Assembly (NCBI GenBank): GCA_051252375.1
Contig: JBPOFY010000002.1
Location: forward strand, 512,001-576,000
Origin: Opitutaceae bacterium
GTDB taxonomy: Bacteria > Verrucomicrobiota > Verrucomicrobiia > Opitutales > Coraliomargaritaceae
Direction of reading: 5' to 3'
Length of the DNA stretch: 64,000 nucleotides
Both the position numbers and the translations under genes were made by a program. The notes beneath the pieces were generated by a model that worked only from the letters and a program-made list of their open reading frames with translations, made no database searches and was not told the origin of the DNA. Position 1 is the stretch's first letter. Every line of letters begins with the position of its first letter. Shown in pieces: positions 30,279-41,596 of the stretch.

Positions 30279-33200
30279 ATGCCCTTCCCCACTAATTTCA
30301 GAAAACTCTTATTCGCACTGTTAGTAGCCACCTCAGGCGTATTGACCGCGCAGGCTCAAGAAGGCGAAGCCAGCCAAATGAGCTTCAGCAACCTACAGGT
30401 TCAAGCCAACACACTCGTTGAGCGTGGCCAACTGGTAGAAGCGATGCCTCTCCTCAAAGAGCTCATCACTCGGGTCGAGGGCGCTACCGAAACCGGTGCC
30501 GAAAAAATCAAACTTGATTTCCCTATTTTCCTCGTCGGCACGGGCTACATCCAACTCTTCATCAACACTGGCGACAAATCGAACCTCGAACAAACCCTTC
30601 AATGGTATGATAAGCTGGAAAAAGAATTTCCACGCTCACCAAAGATAAAGGATGCCAGTCTGAAAAAGATCGATGTATTCCGCACAGTTGGGCAACACGA
30701 TAAGGCCACGGAATTGATGATCAACATTCTTTCCGGTGCATACGAGTTCCGCCTAACATATTCAGAAAAAGAAAAGATCCTCAAGGATCTCGTCCAAACA
30801 TTCTACGCTACAGGTAAGCTCAAGGAAGGCCTCCCCTACTTTGGACAGTTACTAGAGGAAGCACGCGAGCATGAAGACAGGGCGATGGCGGCAGCAGCCA
30901 GCTTTGAAGCGCTATTTGCAGAAAAACGTTTTGACGATGCCATGCGCCTAGTGCCTTACCTCGCCAAAGAGTCAGAAGCTCGCTACCGACCGCGCTTAAA
31001 TGTCGCACTCCTGAAAGCGAGTGACGAAGTGGTCGCACTTGGTCGTATCAATGATGCCGCGATCTTGCTCAATCTCATCAAGACAACGGACATCATGATC
31101 GAGTATCACGAAGCGCAGTTGGCTGAAGCAGTCGCGAAGAAAGAGCAACGCGTTGCTTTTGGAAATACCGGTGAAGCCATTGACAAGCTCAACCAGCAAA
31201 TCAGCACGCTAGAGACGAACTTAACTCAGCTTCGCAAGCTGCCAACTCTACGCAGTGAACTACTCGTGCGCCGTGCACGAAACTACACACAAACTGGGCG
31301 ACGCTACGAAGCATTCTGGATGTTTAACGACCTCAAAGTCGAGTATCCGGACAGTGAGCAAGTCGAGTTTTACTTCTACGCGACATTTTCGAACGCGCGC
31401 CAGATCGACAAAAAAGAAGACATCCTCAAGATCGGCCGTGAATACCGCTCACGCTTCCCTGACGGCGACTATTATTCCGATGTGACCGCAGTCTTTGCCG
31501 CAGAGCTTAGAATCGCCGGGCTAAATGAAGAGTTTGCGAAGGTTGCGGTCGATTTCCTCGACACCCGCCCAATCGACCCCATTTCAGCCAATCTACTCGC
31601 CCAGTGGGGTGCTTACATGTTTGAACAAGAGGCATTCCCTCAGGTCATCGCTCAATGCCAAAGATGGCTTAAATTACATAGCTCGCCTTCGTTTGAAGAC
31701 GGTCTCCACTACTGGAAAGGCCTCGCCCAGCTACAAACTTTTGAATTCGCAGAGGCGATCAGCAGCTTTCAACAAGTGCTGAGCAAGTTCCCCACCAGCA
31801 TCTACGCCGAAGACGCCATGCTGCGTAAAGGTTCGGCGCAGTTCTACGCCCAAGCGTTCGAAGAATCTCGCGACACACTCCAAGCATACTTGGAGAAATA
31901 CCCCAGTGGCAGTGGTCGCGACCAGGCCTACTTCTTCCTTGGTGAAATTGAATTCCTAGCAGAGGACTTCCAACTCTCGCTCCAGCATTTCCAACAAGCC
32001 GACAGCATCACCTACCAGCAGGACATACATGATAGTGTCGCATTCCGTATCGGCGCCATCCATGAAACACTCGGCGAATACGGCAAAATGGCGGCACACT
32101 TCAACGCGTATATCGATACCTATGGCGAAACTGGTCGCCTAACAGATGCGATCTTCGAACTCGGTCGTGCGTATGAATTCAACCTAGAGCCGACAAAGAT
32201 GCTTCAGCTCTACAGCGAAAACATTCGCAAGTATATCGGCAACGCCAGCAACTCAGGCGTCGACACACTAATCGAAGGTTACGCAGAAAAATTCGAAACC
32301 AATAAAGCCATGCTGGAACGCACCGTGGCTTTCCTCGATCAACTCGATAACGATCAAGAATTCCGCACAAAGATCGTCACCGACCGCGGCTTCCTCTTTG
32401 AGCATTTCTACGTCAATCCGACACTGGAACAATCGCTCTATAATAAACTCCGCAATCATCCTGCATTCACCGATGCACTGCTTGAGGACCTCTCGCCTAT
32501 AAACGAGATCACTGCGGTCTATCGCAACGAGCTAGCAGCCTTCCCTACCGAGACACCGGAATCACTCTTCCGCGATCTACTCGCCAAGCACAAGACCGGC
32601 AAAAACTTCATCGCTGAAGCACGCTCGCTCATGGGTCTCTACCGTCTCGAAGTCGAGCTCGCCCCATCCATGCGCTACGATCAGGACCTACTCGATCAAG
32701 CCACTCCGCGTGTCATTCTTTATGTTGCCGACTTTGAGCGCAATAAGCGCAAGGACTTCGCAGTTCAGGCATGGCAACAAATCTTAAAACGATTCCCGCA
32801 AGATGACGCCACGATCGTCGCTTACATGCGCTTGGCGGATGTCGCAGCCGACGACAAAGATTTAAAAGGCGCACTGAATTACTTGGAAATGATCCTCACT
32901 CAGTTTTCCGGATCACCACAGATCCCGGCAGTCATCCTTCGCCAAGGAGAATTGCTCTCCGAAATGGGCGACGGTAAAGGCGCCCGCGAAAAATACCAAT
33001 ATATCCTACGCGTGCCGGATTGGCGCGGCATCCTACACGCCACAGCACTCTTCCAAACAGGCGAGGCCTACATGGCAGAGAATGCTTATGCCGAAGCACA
33101 CGGTTTCTTCGAACGCACCTTCCTCGGCTATGCTCAATTCAATGAGCTCTGCGCTAAAGCTTACCTACGCGACGCTGAAGCACTCGTCGGCATGGGTGAA

Positions 33201-33308
33201 CGCGCCAGCGCTGTCACCACTCTACAAGAAGCTGTCGATACCCTCGGTGCTGTTGCCCCCGATGAAATCATGTCATCGATCAAATCCAAACTAAGGGAGT
33301 TGAAATAA
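30279..33308 (+). CDS. Large periplasmic TPR-repeat protein (~1010 aa)
   Basis: Signal peptide (AQA), repeated helical units ending in KFP.S/YP.S typical of BamD/CpoB-like TPRs. Confidence 0.88.
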   Translation: MPFPTNFRKLLFALLVATSGVLTAQAQEGEASQMSFSNLQVQANTLVERGQLVEAMPLLKELITRVEGATETGAEKIKLDFPIFLVGTGYIQLFINTGDKSNLEQTLQWYDKLEKEFPRSPKIKDASLKKIDVFRTVGQHDKATELMINILSGAYEFRLTYSEKEKILKDLVQTFYATGKLKEGLPYFGQLLEEAREHEDRAMAAAASFEALFAEKRFDDAMRLVPYLAKESEARYRPRLNVALLKASDEVVALGRINDAAILLNLIKTTDIMIEYHEAQLAEAVAKKEQRVAFGNTGEAIDKLNQQISTLETNLTQLRKLPTLRSELLVRRARNYTQTGRRYEAFWMFNDLKVEYPDSEQVEFYFYATFSNARQIDKKEDILKIGREYRSRFPDGDYYSDVTAVFAAELRIAGLNEEFAKVAVDFLDTRPIDPISANLLAQWGAYMFEQEAFPQVIAQCQRWLKLHSSPSFEDGLHYWKGLAQLQTFEFAEAISSFQQVLSKFPTSIYAEDAMLRKGSAQFYAQAFEESRDTLQAYLEKYPSGSGRDQAYFFLGEIEFLAEDFQLSLQHFQQADSITYQQDIHDSVAFRIGAIHETLGEYGKMAAHFNAYIDTYGETGRLTDAIFELGRAYEFNLEPTKMLQLYSENIRKYIGNASNSGVDTLIEGYAEKFETNKAMLERTVAFLDQLDNDQEFRTKIVTDRGFLFEHFYVNPTLEQSLYNKLRNHPAFTDALLEDLSPINEITAVYRNELAAFPTETPESLFRDLLAKHKTGKNFIAEARSLMGLYRLEVELAPSMRYDQDLLDQATPRVILYVADFERNKRKDFAVQAWQQILKRFPQDDATIVAYMRLADVAADDKDLKGALNYLEMILTQFSGSPQIPAVILRQGELLSEMGDGKGAREKYQYILRVPDWRGILHATALFQTGEAYMAENAYAEAHGFFERTFLGYAQFNELCAKAYLRDAEALVGMGERASAVTTLQEAVDTLGAVAPDEIMSSIKSKLRELK

Positions 33309-34426
33309 TGAGCCGCCCATTTTCCAACCATACTCGCAAGATGTATCGCATTACCTTAAAAGCTATTCTGATCGGATCCCTTTCGGTCGGACTACTCCAC
33401 TCAGCTGTCGCGCAAAATAAATATTGGCAGCAATACGGCAGCCTCCCTGTCTTAATGCAGCAGCAAAACAACGGCTCCACACAGGTGCTCAAGTTTGTAA
33501 CCTTTAAAGATGGCCTACTTGTAGCCGAACTCGATGGCGGCGTCGGCGAAGTCTCCCTCCCCGTCAGTGAGTCCATGGTCAAATCACTACGCCTTGCGGT
33601 GGACACAGAAAAAGCGCGGGCACTAATTGACGCAGAAGACTACACAACCGCAGTCACATTACTTCGCCCTGAAGTTTACCCGTTGATTAAGTTCCATCAG
33701 GTCCCCGACACCTTCGTCGCCCTGCACGTCCCGATTCAATTACTGATCAATACCTTGATCAGAACCGGAGAGCTGAACGAAGCCGAAGACATCATTGACC
33801 GTATTGCGCTCACCCAGGTCGGCATTGCCTACAGCCATTGCACGATCCGTTTGATGAACGCATACATTGAGACGAAAGACTTCAACTCCGCTGCACGTAT
33901 CGCGAAAATATTACCAGTCGACGGTATCTACACTCCGAACATGTCGGCCGTTGCCGATGCAGCAGACGCCCTTCGCGGTGCGGGTCAATACGAAGAAGTC
34001 ATTCCACTCTATCGTGCGATGGAAGAAGTGGTGACCGGAGAAGCACTCGACAACGTCAAGATGTGGCTCGCCTACAGCTTGGTTCTATCCGACAACCTCG
34101 CAGAAGCGACACCGATGATCGATGCGATGGAAGAGCCAGAGCCTAAAGAGCGACTCTTCTCACTCTACAAATTGCTACAAGGCTCCAAGGCGCATCGCGA
34201 AGAACGCTACAAAGATGCGCTCGACCTACTCACCAGAGGCTTCGTCCGCGCACAGACCTCCTACGTGTGGGTGCCTGAAATGCTCTATCTAATTGGTGAC
34301 TGCTATGCTCGCGCAAACGACAACACTGCAGCGCGCAATGTATGGACTGAAATCGTCATCCTTTACCCCGACTCTCCTTGGGCCGCAAACGCTCAAACAT
34401 CACTTGATAAGTTACCTAAATCTTAA
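33308..34426 (+). CDS. Periplasmic TPR-repeat protein
   Basis: Signal peptide, TPR helices, C-terminal YPDSPWA; start overlaps the previous stop. Confidence 0.85.
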   Translation: MSRPFSNHTRKMYRITLKAILIGSLSVGLLHSAVAQNKYWQQYGSLPVLMQQQNNGSTQVLKFVTFKDGLLVAELDGGVGEVSLPVSESMVKSLRLAVDTEKARALIDAEDYTTAVTLLRPEVYPLIKFHQVPDTFVALHVPIQLLINTLIRTGELNEAEDIIDRIALTQVGIAYSHCTIRLMNAYIETKDFNSAARIAKILPVDGIYTPNMSAVADAADALRGAGQYEEVIPLYRAMEEVVTGEALDNVKMWLAYSLVLSDNLAEATPMIDAMEEPEPKERLFSLYKLLQGSKAHREERYKDALDLLTRGFVRAQTSYVWVPEMLYLIGDCYARANDNTAARNVWTEIVILYPDSPWAANAQTSLDKLPKS

Positions 34427-34466
34427 GCCTCTCAAAACCACTTAGCTTTCTAAAAACACAACCGCT

Positions 34467-35255
34467 ATGAAAAAAACAACGTTCCGCCTCATCCCCTCAT
34501 TCTTCGCCATCGCGCTCTTTGTCGGCGTCACACAATGGACGATCACCCAAAGCCTCCAAGCTCAAGACACGCCAGCAGCTGAAACCGCAGTAGAAGGTGA
34601 AGAAGCTGGCCCAGTCCAAGGAGAGAAGTCACTTATCGACATGTTCAAAGCTGGTGGCTTGGCCATGTATCCGTTGATGCTCCTTTCGATCTCCGGATTT
34701 GGACTGATCGTTTATAACTTCATGGCAGTTAAAGCGGGCCCCATCCTCAAAATAGACGTAGCCGCCGAAATCGAAGAAGCCCTTAAGGTGGTCGACCTCG
34801 AAAAAGCCAAAACCCTTTGCGATGAAAACCCAGCCCCGATGACAAATATCTTTGGTGCTGGCCTCGTCCGTGTAGACGTCAACGACTACAATGCAGAGCA
34901 AGTCAAAGAAGCCGTCGAAGAAGCCTCGGCTGAAGAACTCGCCGGACCATACATTCTTATTAATTACCTCTCCGTTATCGGTTCACTCTCACCGATGGTC
35001 GGTCTCCTCGGAACCGTTTCTGGTATGGTCAAGGCCTTCAACGTGATCGAAGCGGAAGGCGCCGGTAGTGCCCAAGCACTTGCGGGTAACATTTCGGAAG
35101 CGCTCATCACCACCGCAACTGGTATGATGGTCGGTATTCCCGCCATGTTCTTCTTCTTCTTCTTTAAGAATCGCTACGGCAAGATCACCTCACGTGTCGG
35201 CCGTATCGTGGGTGACCTACAGTTCACAATGAACACTGCGATTAAAAATCGTTAA
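34467..35255 (+). CDS. exbB: MotA/TolQ/ExbB proton channel
   Basis: SPMVGLLGTVSGM.KAF and ISEALITTATG...IPA. Confidence 0.92.
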   Translation: MKKTTFRLIPSFFAIALFVGVTQWTITQSLQAQDTPAAETAVEGEEAGPVQGEKSLIDMFKAGGLAMYPLMLLSISGFGLIVYNFMAVKAGPILKIDVAAEIEEALKVVDLEKAKTLCDENPAPMTNIFGAGLVRVDVNDYNAEQVKEAVEEASAEELAGPYILINYLSVIGSLSPMVGLLGTVSGMVKAFNVIEAEGAGSAQALAGNISEALITTATGMMVGIPAMFFFFFFKNRYGKITSRVGRIVGDLQFTMNTAIKNR

Positions 35256-35278
35256 TCCCCTAACCAAATAATTAACCG

Positions 35279-35683
<405 letters not shown>

Positions 35684-35686
35684 ATT

Positions 35687-36118
35687 ATGGCTGTAAACAA
35701 AATTCTAGAGTCCGAAGATAGAGTCGACATCACACCGATGATCGACGTCGTCTTCCTCCTGTTGATTTATTTCATGTTCCTGCCACTCCAGCAGGAAGCA
35801 GATATCGGCATCAAGCTCCCCAGCGATGCGCCACCAGCTGAGAACCTTGAGCTCCCCAGCGAGCACATTGTTGAAGTCTTCCCCAACGGGTTGATTCTTC
35901 TAAACGGTGCCCCGATGGACTCGGTCAATGACCGGGACATGGCCAAGCTCTCATACACGCTTACTCGCTTGCGCACATCTTCCGACCGCGCAGGGATCGA
36001 CACCGTCGTCAAGATCCAAGCCGACCCCGACTCCCCGCACCAGCGCTCGATCGACGTGCTAAATGCCTGTGCCAGAGCCGAGATCACAAAGGTCTCCTTC
36101 GCCTCATACGGACTCTAG
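35687..36118 (+). CDS. exbD: ExbD/TolR family protein 2
   Basis: ITPMIDVVFLLLIYFM, IQAD. Confidence 0.92.
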   Translation: MAVNKILESEDRVDITPMIDVVFLLLIYFMFLPLQQEADIGIKLPSDAPPAENLELPSEHIVEVFPNGLILLNGAPMDSVNDRDMAKLSYTLTRLRTSSDRAGIDTVVKIQADPDSPHQRSIDVLNACARAEITKVSFASYGL

Positions 36119-36144
36119 TCTACACGAGTTAAATCACATTACAC

Positions 36145-36178
36145 AAAAGCCCCCACAGTTACCTGTGGGGGCTTTTTT
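36145..36178. terminator. Bidirectional intrinsic terminator
   Basis: AAAAGCCCCCACAG TTAC CTGTGGGGGCTTTTTT between convergent exbD and pilT. Confidence 0.9.
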
Positions 36179-36221
36179 ATTTGGTCTGACGCAGCGAGTT
36201 ATACCACCCCTAAAAGTGGTA

Positions 36222-37271
36222 TTATACAGTCACCTTGAAACGAGCCTTATCGATCGCCTTCATATAAGCCTCTTCCTGAGAGATCAGACCTTCATCCAAC
36301 AGCTCAGAAAGCGAAGCATCCATCGAGATCATTCCTTGGTCACGGTTTTGATCGATAATATTACGGATACTGGAAAGCGCACCCTTTCGGATACAGTGTG
36401 GCAAACCACTGTGCATTAGCAAAATTTCATGCACCGCAACACGACCACCATCCACTTTTTGACAAAGCAACTGCGAGACGACCGCACGCAAGGAATCGGC
36501 CAGCATGATACGCGTCTGATTCTGCTCCGCGTCAGGGAATGCATCAATAATACGGTCAATCGTCTTGGTCGCATTATTTGTATGAACCGTCGCAAAAACC
36601 AACATGCCCATCGCAGCGCAATTCAACGCAAGACGGATCGTTTCCATGTCACGCATTTCCCCGATCAAAATCACATCCGGATCGGCTCGAATCGCACCGC
36701 GCAGGCCCTTGGCAAACGTCTTGGTATGCTCACTCACTTCACGGTGCAGGATCGTGCTGTTCTTATCCGTATGCGTAAACTCAACCGGATCTTCTAAAGT
36801 AATAATCTGCTTTGAGGTGTTCTCATTGATATGGTCAATGATCGCCGCCAATGTAGTGGACTTACCACTACCAGTGGGACCGGTCACCAGAACCAATCCA
36901 TCCGCATAGCCGGCAATATCCTTAAGCGCTGCCGGTAAATTAAGCTCATCAAGGCTCGCAATACGTGAAGGAATCTGGCGCAAAACCGTCGCTATGCCGT
37001 GGCTATTGCGAAACAAATTCATCCGAAAACGGGCGTGCCCAGGTATCTCATGAGCCAAATCGGCGTCCCCATCCCGCTGGAAAACCTCCCAACGATTCGG
37101 AGGGGTCACCTCTTTTAGCATTTTTTCCATGTGAGGCGCATCGACCACGCGCTCCCCCAATGGGAACACCTCGCCATCAATACGGATTTTAGGGACAGCA
37201 CCGACTGAGAGGTGAAGGTCTGAGCCGCCTTTAGCGAGCATTTCGATAAGAAGTTGATCCAAATTTTCCAT
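36222..37271 (-). CDS. pilT: PilT/PilU-family retraction ATPase
   Basis: SDLHL, RFRMN.F, VTGPTGSGKSTTLAA, TLEDPVE, DPDVILIGEMRD, ATVHT. Confidence 0.9.
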   Translation of the reverse strand: MENLDQLLIEMLAKGGSDLHLSVGAVPKIRIDGEVFPLGERVVDAPHMEKMLKEVTPPNRWEVFQRDGDADLAHEIPGHARFRMNLFRNSHGIATVLRQIPSRIASLDELNLPAALKDIAGYADGLVLVTGPTGSGKSTTLAAIIDHINENTSKQIITLEDPVEFTHTDKNSTILHREVSEHTKTFAKGLRGAIRADPDVILIGEMRDMETIRLALNCAAMGMLVFATVHTNNATKTIDRIIDAFPDAEQNQTRIMLADSLRAVVSQLLCQKVDGGRVAVHEILLMHSGLPHCIRKGALSSIRNIIDQNRDQGMISMDASLSELLDEGLISQEEAYMKAIDKARFKVTV

Positions 37272-37283
37272 GTTTATTATAAA

Positions 37284-38654
37284 TTAGTCCTCAGGGTTTG
37301 AACGGTTGGCATCAGCCACCTCTTCGGTGATTCGACCTTCCTCTAAAAGCACATCGATCGACTCATTGATTGTGCGCATACCTTGTTTCCGACCCGACTG
37401 CATCGCACTTTCCAAGCCCGTGTCCTTACCGTCTCGAATGATGTTGGCCACCGCATTGGTATTGATGAGCAACTCGCAAGCGAGCACCACCCCATCATCC
37501 ACAGAAGGAATGAGACGTTGGCATAAAATACCACGGAGCGAGCCCGCAGTCATCGCACGGATCTGATTTTGCTGGGTCGCAGGAAACACATCGAGCAATC
37601 GATTCAAAGTAGATTGCGCATCGCGCGTGTGCATCGTTGCAATCACGAGGTGCCCGGTCTCCGCTGCAGTCACCGCCATCTCAATCGTGGCAAGGTCACG
37701 CATTTCTCCGATAATAATGATATCCGGGTCCTCACGCAGCGCCGACTTCAAGGCACTTTGAAACGACTTCGTATCACGCCCCACCTCACGCTGTGTCACG
37801 ATACTGTTCTGCGATTGCTGCATCACCTCAATCGGATCTTCAACCGTGATGATGTGCTCTTTACGATTCACGTTCAATTCTTGCACGAGACTCGCCAATG
37901 TCGTGGTTTTACCGCTACCGACTGGGCCAGTCACCAAAATGATCCCATTATGGTAGCTCAATAATTTACGAATATCGGCTGCATTCGGGAAACCCAGTTC
38001 TTCGAGCGACTGTAAATGATCTGCAACGATACGATAAACCCCAGCGATACCGTTTTTCTGCTCCATCACATTCGCACGGAAACGCATGCGACACCCGTCA
38101 TCTGCGCTACCAATTGTCAGTGCGTAATTCAAATCCCATTCCGCTTCGAACTCCTGGCGCTGAGCTTCAGTCAACAGCACGTAATTCATACGCCGAGCCA
38201 AGGTGTCGGGCAAGATTTCCTGCGATAAATAAACAATCTTTCGGTGGTGCCGCACTCTTGGGCGCGCGCCTCCGGTGATATGTAGGTCACTGACTCCTAC
38301 CTTTTGGCAAGTTGCGAAGATCGAATTCATCGCTTCACGGAGAGCTGCATCATCCATCGCCGCCAAATCATCATAAGCAGGAAAATCTCCAAAATCTGCG
38401 ATACCTGGATTGACGACCACATCGGTCGGCAGCACCGGCAACTCATAACCTTCTTGAGCATTTTGAATCGCGATCGCTGTCGCGTCCTTCAAAAAGTTTT
38501 CATCATGCACCCAGCCGGTCTTTGCGAGTAAGTCAGCGCATTTCTGGGCATCTGTGCTGTCGTCGAGGTTTTTAATTAAGCCAGTCAACTGCGCCTTAGA
38601 AAGGAGCGCGTTTTCATGACAAAAGTGAAGGAGCCAGTGGGTATCAGGACGCAT
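37284..38654 (-). CDS. PilT/PilU-family ATPase with ~100-aa N-terminal extension
   Basis: SDLHI, TGPVGSGKTTT, EDPIE, ALREDPD..IIGEMRD, AETGHLV.ATMHT. Confidence 0.88.
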   Translation of the reverse strand: MRPDTHWLLHFCHENALLSKAQLTGLIKNLDDSTDAQKCADLLAKTGWVHDENFLKDATAIAIQNAQEGYELPVLPTDVVVNPGIADFGDFPAYDDLAAMDDAALREAMNSIFATCQKVGVSDLHITGGARPRVRHHRKIVYLSQEILPDTLARRMNYVLLTEAQRQEFEAEWDLNYALTIGSADDGCRMRFRANVMEQKNGIAGVYRIVADHLQSLEELGFPNAADIRKLLSYHNGIILVTGPVGSGKTTTLASLVQELNVNRKEHIITVEDPIEVMQQSQNSIVTQREVGRDTKSFQSALKSALREDPDIIIIGEMRDLATIEMAVTAAETGHLVIATMHTRDAQSTLNRLLDVFPATQQNQIRAMTAGSLRGILCQRLIPSVDDGVVLACELLINTNAVANIIRDGKDTGLESAMQSGRKQGMRTINESIDVLLEEGRITEEVADANRSNPED

Positions 38655-38956
38655 ATAATGTAAAGAAACGTCAAAAAAGACGTGAGACGTAGGTGGGTTA
38701 AAAAATGATTCGTGCGAAGCACACGCGGGGATCTATCAAAATGACAAGTATCCACTCATAAATCAAGTCAGATGCCCCTTGGTTTTAGATATAAACAGCG
38801 TATTCTCGGGATAGTCAGACACGAGCGAGATGTTAATATACATCACACGCTGCATTCCCAGACTATCGTTATGCACAGATAAGTAGTAATATACTCAACC
38901 AGCCGTAATTTCACTTGTGAAACGGCACGCTCAATTAAAGATAACGCCTTACATTT

Positions 38957-39928
38957 ATGAACAGCCCCACAAGCAATATTTCCGAAACGCTGCAAAACAT
39001 CCGTAAGGAGGTCGGCAAAGTTGTCGTTGGTCAGGAAGCACTGGTCGAGCGTCTACTGCTCGCCCTGCTCTGCAACGGTCACGTGCTTCTCGAAGGTGTC
39101 CCCGGTGTCGCTAAAACGCTCACGGTCAACAGCCTCGCCAAGGCAATCCATGCGGGATTCGGACGCATCCAGTTTACTCCCGACCTTTTACCGGGCGATT
39201 TAACCGGCACACTGGTTTACGATCCGCGCAATCATACCTTTACGCCCGAGAAGGGGCCGATCTTCACAAACCTACTACTTGCCGACGAAGTGAATCGCGC
39301 ACCTGCCAAAGTGCAAAGTGCACTACTAGAGGCCATGCAGGAGAAGCAGGTAACCTTGGGCAAAGAGACGTTTGACCTCCCAAAACCCTTCCTCGTGCTC
39401 GCAACTCAAAATCCGATCGAGCAAGAAGGCACCTATGCTCTGCCAGAAGCGCAAGTTGACCGCTTCATGTTTAAGCTAAAGGTCGGCTATCCTTCGATGG
39501 ATGAAGAGCTAATCGTCATGCAACGCATGGCCAACACCCAGCCATTGCTCGACATCACCCCCATCCTGACGATCGAAGAACTCATGCAAATGAGAGCCGA
39601 ACTTGAACAGGTTTTCATCGATGAGAAAGTAGAGCGCTACATCCTACGCTTGGTCGATGCGACCCGCCACCCGGAACGCTATGACTTGGACCTATCGCGC
39701 TATCTCCGCTTTGGAGCTTCCCCACGTGCCTCCATCTATCTCTCACTCGCCTCGCGCGGACATGCATTGATGCAAGGTCGTGACTATGCCACACCACAAG
39801 ATGTGAAAGATGTTTCGCACGACATCCTCCGCCATCGTATGGCGATCTCATATCGCGCGGAAGCCGAATCCATTACCTCGGACGGTCTACTCGATCAAAT
39901 CCTCGCGAAAGTGCCGGTGACTGAATAG
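38957..39928 (+). CDS. moxR: MoxR-family AAA+ ATPase
   Basis: LLEGVPGVAKT, RIQFTPDLLP, DEVNRAPAKVQSALLEAM, ATQNPIEQEGTY. Confidence 0.95.
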   Translation: MNSPTSNISETLQNIRKEVGKVVVGQEALVERLLLALLCNGHVLLEGVPGVAKTLTVNSLAKAIHAGFGRIQFTPDLLPGDLTGTLVYDPRNHTFTPEKGPIFTNLLLADEVNRAPAKVQSALLEAMQEKQVTLGKETFDLPKPFLVLATQNPIEQEGTYALPEAQVDRFMFKLKVGYPSMDEELIVMQRMANTQPLLDITPILTIEELMQMRAELEQVFIDEKVERYILRLVDATRHPERYDLDLSRYLRFGASPRASIYLSLASRGHALMQGRDYATPQDVKDVSHDILRHRMAISYRAEAESITSDGLLDQILAKVPVTE

Positions 39929-39958
39929 AGAAATCTCACACCGAGACACTCTTTTACC

Positions 39959-40828
39959 ATGTTAGACGATCTCGATCAGCGTCTCAATTTGCTGGAGCTT
40001 AAGTGCCGGCAACCTGTCGAGCATTTGCTTGCGGGAGAGTATCGCTCGGTCTTCCGCGGACGCGGCATTGAGTTTGAAGATGTGCGCGCCTACCAACCGG
40101 GTGACGATGTGCGCACGATGGACTGGAAGGTCACCGCTCGCACAGGCGAACCACACATCAAGCGCTACATCGAAGAACGCGAGCAGTTCATCTATCTTCT
40201 TGTCGATGTGTCGGCCTCAATGCGGCACGGCAGTCTCGGCAAAAAAGCACAAACAGTCTCCGAGATTTGCGCCCTCATTACTATGGCGGCGATTAAAAAT
40301 CAGGATCGTGTCGGGTTGATTCTGTTTAGCGACGAAATCGAACAAATCGTGCCACCAGCCAAAGGCCGCAGTCATGCCATGCGTATCATGGACGAGTTGG
40401 TTCATTTCCAACCAAAGAATAAAGGGACCAATTTCCTCGAAGCACTCGGACGTTTTGGGCACATGGCGCGCAAGCACTCCATCGTCTTTGTCGTATCCGA
40501 TTTCCTGACTGAAGACTACACGCGTGAATTGCAAAACCTCGCCTTTCGACACGATCTCAACGCGATACACATTGCGGACAATCCACTGCAAAAGGCAAAA
40601 GTCAGCGGCTTAGTCAGGATGGAAGACTCCGAAAGCGGTCAACAACATGTCATCGACACGGAGGCAGGCGCAAAGGGAGCCGCAACCCATACGCAAAAAC
40701 TGCAACAACAGATGATGGAGTCCGGCGTGAATCTCCTAAACCTGGAAGTGGGCGCTGACTGTGTCGAAGCCCTTGCGGGATTTTTCCATGAGCGGCAACG
40801 TCAAGTCGTCGACGAAACCGGGGGCTGA
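39959..40828 (+). CDS. DUF58 (VWA-like) protein
   Basis: GEYRSVFRGRGIEFEDVRAYQPGDDVR.MDW.VTAR. Confidence 0.93.
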   Translation: MLDDLDQRLNLLELKCRQPVEHLLAGEYRSVFRGRGIEFEDVRAYQPGDDVRTMDWKVTARTGEPHIKRYIEEREQFIYLLVDVSASMRHGSLGKKAQTVSEICALITMAAIKNQDRVGLILFSDEIEQIVPPAKGRSHAMRIMDELVHFQPKNKGTNFLEALGRFGHMARKHSIVFVVSDFLTEDYTRELQNLAFRHDLNAIHIADNPLQKAKVSGLVRMEDSESGQQHVIDTEAGAKGAATHTQKLQQQMMESGVNLLNLEVGADCVEALAGFFHERQRQVVDETGG

Positions 40829-40831
40829 ACC

Positions 40832-41596
40832 ATGTCACGCATCCTCATACTCTGCCTGCTTTCGCTGCACTGCTTCAATTTGACCGCATGGTCACTGGAT
40901 TACTCAAACGCAGGCATCAAGCTATCGATCGAGCCAGAGACTTGCGCACCGGGTGACATCATCCAGCTCACCGCCGAGATGACGCGTGCGGACTACGCAG
41001 AATTAGCGCTCAAAATACCAACACATCCGTCACTCCATTTCGTAGCACAAACAAACAGTCCGATAACTTACACGAACGGTCTCTACTCGCAGACTACAAT
41101 TTGGACGCTACAGCCAGTCCGATCAGACAGAATTGAGATCGCAAACATCATCGCCGAAATCAAGCAAGGCGAGCACATCGAAACAGTGAAGCTACCCACC
41201 CTTTCGGTCGTCGCACTGCCCGATGCAGCGCAAACTGACTCGGACGCTCCTATGCAATTGCCCGCAGCTTCAGAAGCGGTGAATCCGTCTAGCAGGCAAT
41301 GGCTGATCGCTGCATTTCTCATCCTACTGGCACTCACGATAAGCGGCATTGCATACCTACGCCGTCTAAAGGCACAACCCGAGCCACTCGCCCAAGACCC
41401 TGCCCCAACACTACAAGATTTACTCCAATCGCTTGAATCAGGGCAGCTCCCGACAAAGATGATCGAGCAGATCTTGGCGAATGATCAAATCACGCTATCC
41501 GAGTCCACTCGCGCCATTTTAGAGCGAGCGATCTACGCCTCCCACCCCGCGCCAGAGGTGCTGCTCGCAGCATTACAGAAGGAGGTAGCGAAATGA
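40832..41596 (+). CDS. Bat-operon membrane-anchored hypothetical protein
   Basis: Signal peptide, Ig-like beta region, one TM; lies between DUF58 and BatA. Confidence 0.7.
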   Translation: MSRILILCLLSLHCFNLTAWSLDYSNAGIKLSIEPETCAPGDIIQLTAEMTRADYAELALKIPTHPSLHFVAQTNSPITYTNGLYSQTTIWTLQPVRSDRIEIANIIAEIKQGEHIETVKLPTLSVVALPDAAQTDSDAPMQLPAASEAVNPSSRQWLIAAFLILLALTISGIAYLRRLKAQPEPLAQDPAPTLQDLLQSLESGQLPTKMIEQILANDQITLSESTRAILERAIYASHPAPEVLLAALQKEVAK

